NCBI GenBank assembly: GCA_044892525.1
Contig: CM097885.1
Coordinates: 1,178,001-1,242,000, forward strand
Direction: 5' to 3'
Source: Schmidtea polychroa
Taxonomy: Eukaryota
Length of the DNA stretch: 64,000 bases
A program made the position numbers and the translations under genes. Of the stretch, positions 63,690-64,000 are shown one piece after another; the stretch's first letter is position 1, and each line of letters opens with the position of its first letter. Under the pieces are notes generated by a model, which did not search any database, had not been told where the DNA came from, and saw nothing but the letters and a program-made list of their open reading frames with translations.

Positions 63690-64000
63690 TATGGTTTACA
63701 CACACAACCCCTCAACCATTATTATTATTATCAGTATTAAAAACCTAAAATATTTTCTACACACACACACACACACACACAACCCCCTCAACCATTATTA
63801 TTATTATCAGTATTAAAAACCTAAAATATTTTCTACACACACACACACACACACACAACCCATTAACCATTATTATTATCATTATTAGTGAAAACCTAAA
63901 ATATTTTTTTACACACACACACAACCCATTAACCATTATTATTATTATCAATATTAAAAACCTAAAATATTTTTACACACACACATACAACTCATTAAAC
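63690..64000 (+). repeat. (CA)n-containing minisatellite of ~65-75 bp (related copy at ~28560-28640)
   Basis: ACACAACCC...AACCATTATTATT...AAAACCTAAAATATTTT is repeated. Confidence 0.85.

Overview
Very AT-rich eukaryotic DNA (probably an invertebrate; species not identifiable from sequence alone) with no recognisable host protein-coding gene. The window is a mosaic of mobile-element remains: many scrambled fragments of Polinton/Maverick-type protein-primed DNA polymerase B (pPolB) genes with AGTAG(T)-type termini, a complete-ended hAT transposon with an 8-bp target-site duplication, R2-like and NeSL/R5-like non-LTR retrotransposon fragments, two orphan 28S rRNA 3'-end fragments in a 3184-bp tandem duplication, and a three-unit ~4.46-kb palindrome-containing tandem array. 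Four observations stand out. (1) A 76-bp tandem hairpin array, present at three loci, whose unit is a fold-back of the 28S peptidyl-transferase-centre sequence; four rearrangement junctions fall within ~7 nt of that same rDNA site. (2) A pPolB gene whose 5' end appears to be built from three small exons joined by in-frame GT-AG introns, in an element that may carry pPolB only. (3) An H-type RNA pseudoknot with one compensatory change, lying in frame just upstream of the ORFs of two different non-LTR clades. (4) A Ulp1-like protease domain lacking its catalytic His/Cys in two diverged retrotransposon copies. Family assignments come from motif recognition by eye, not database searches, and boundaries of degraded fragments are approximate.
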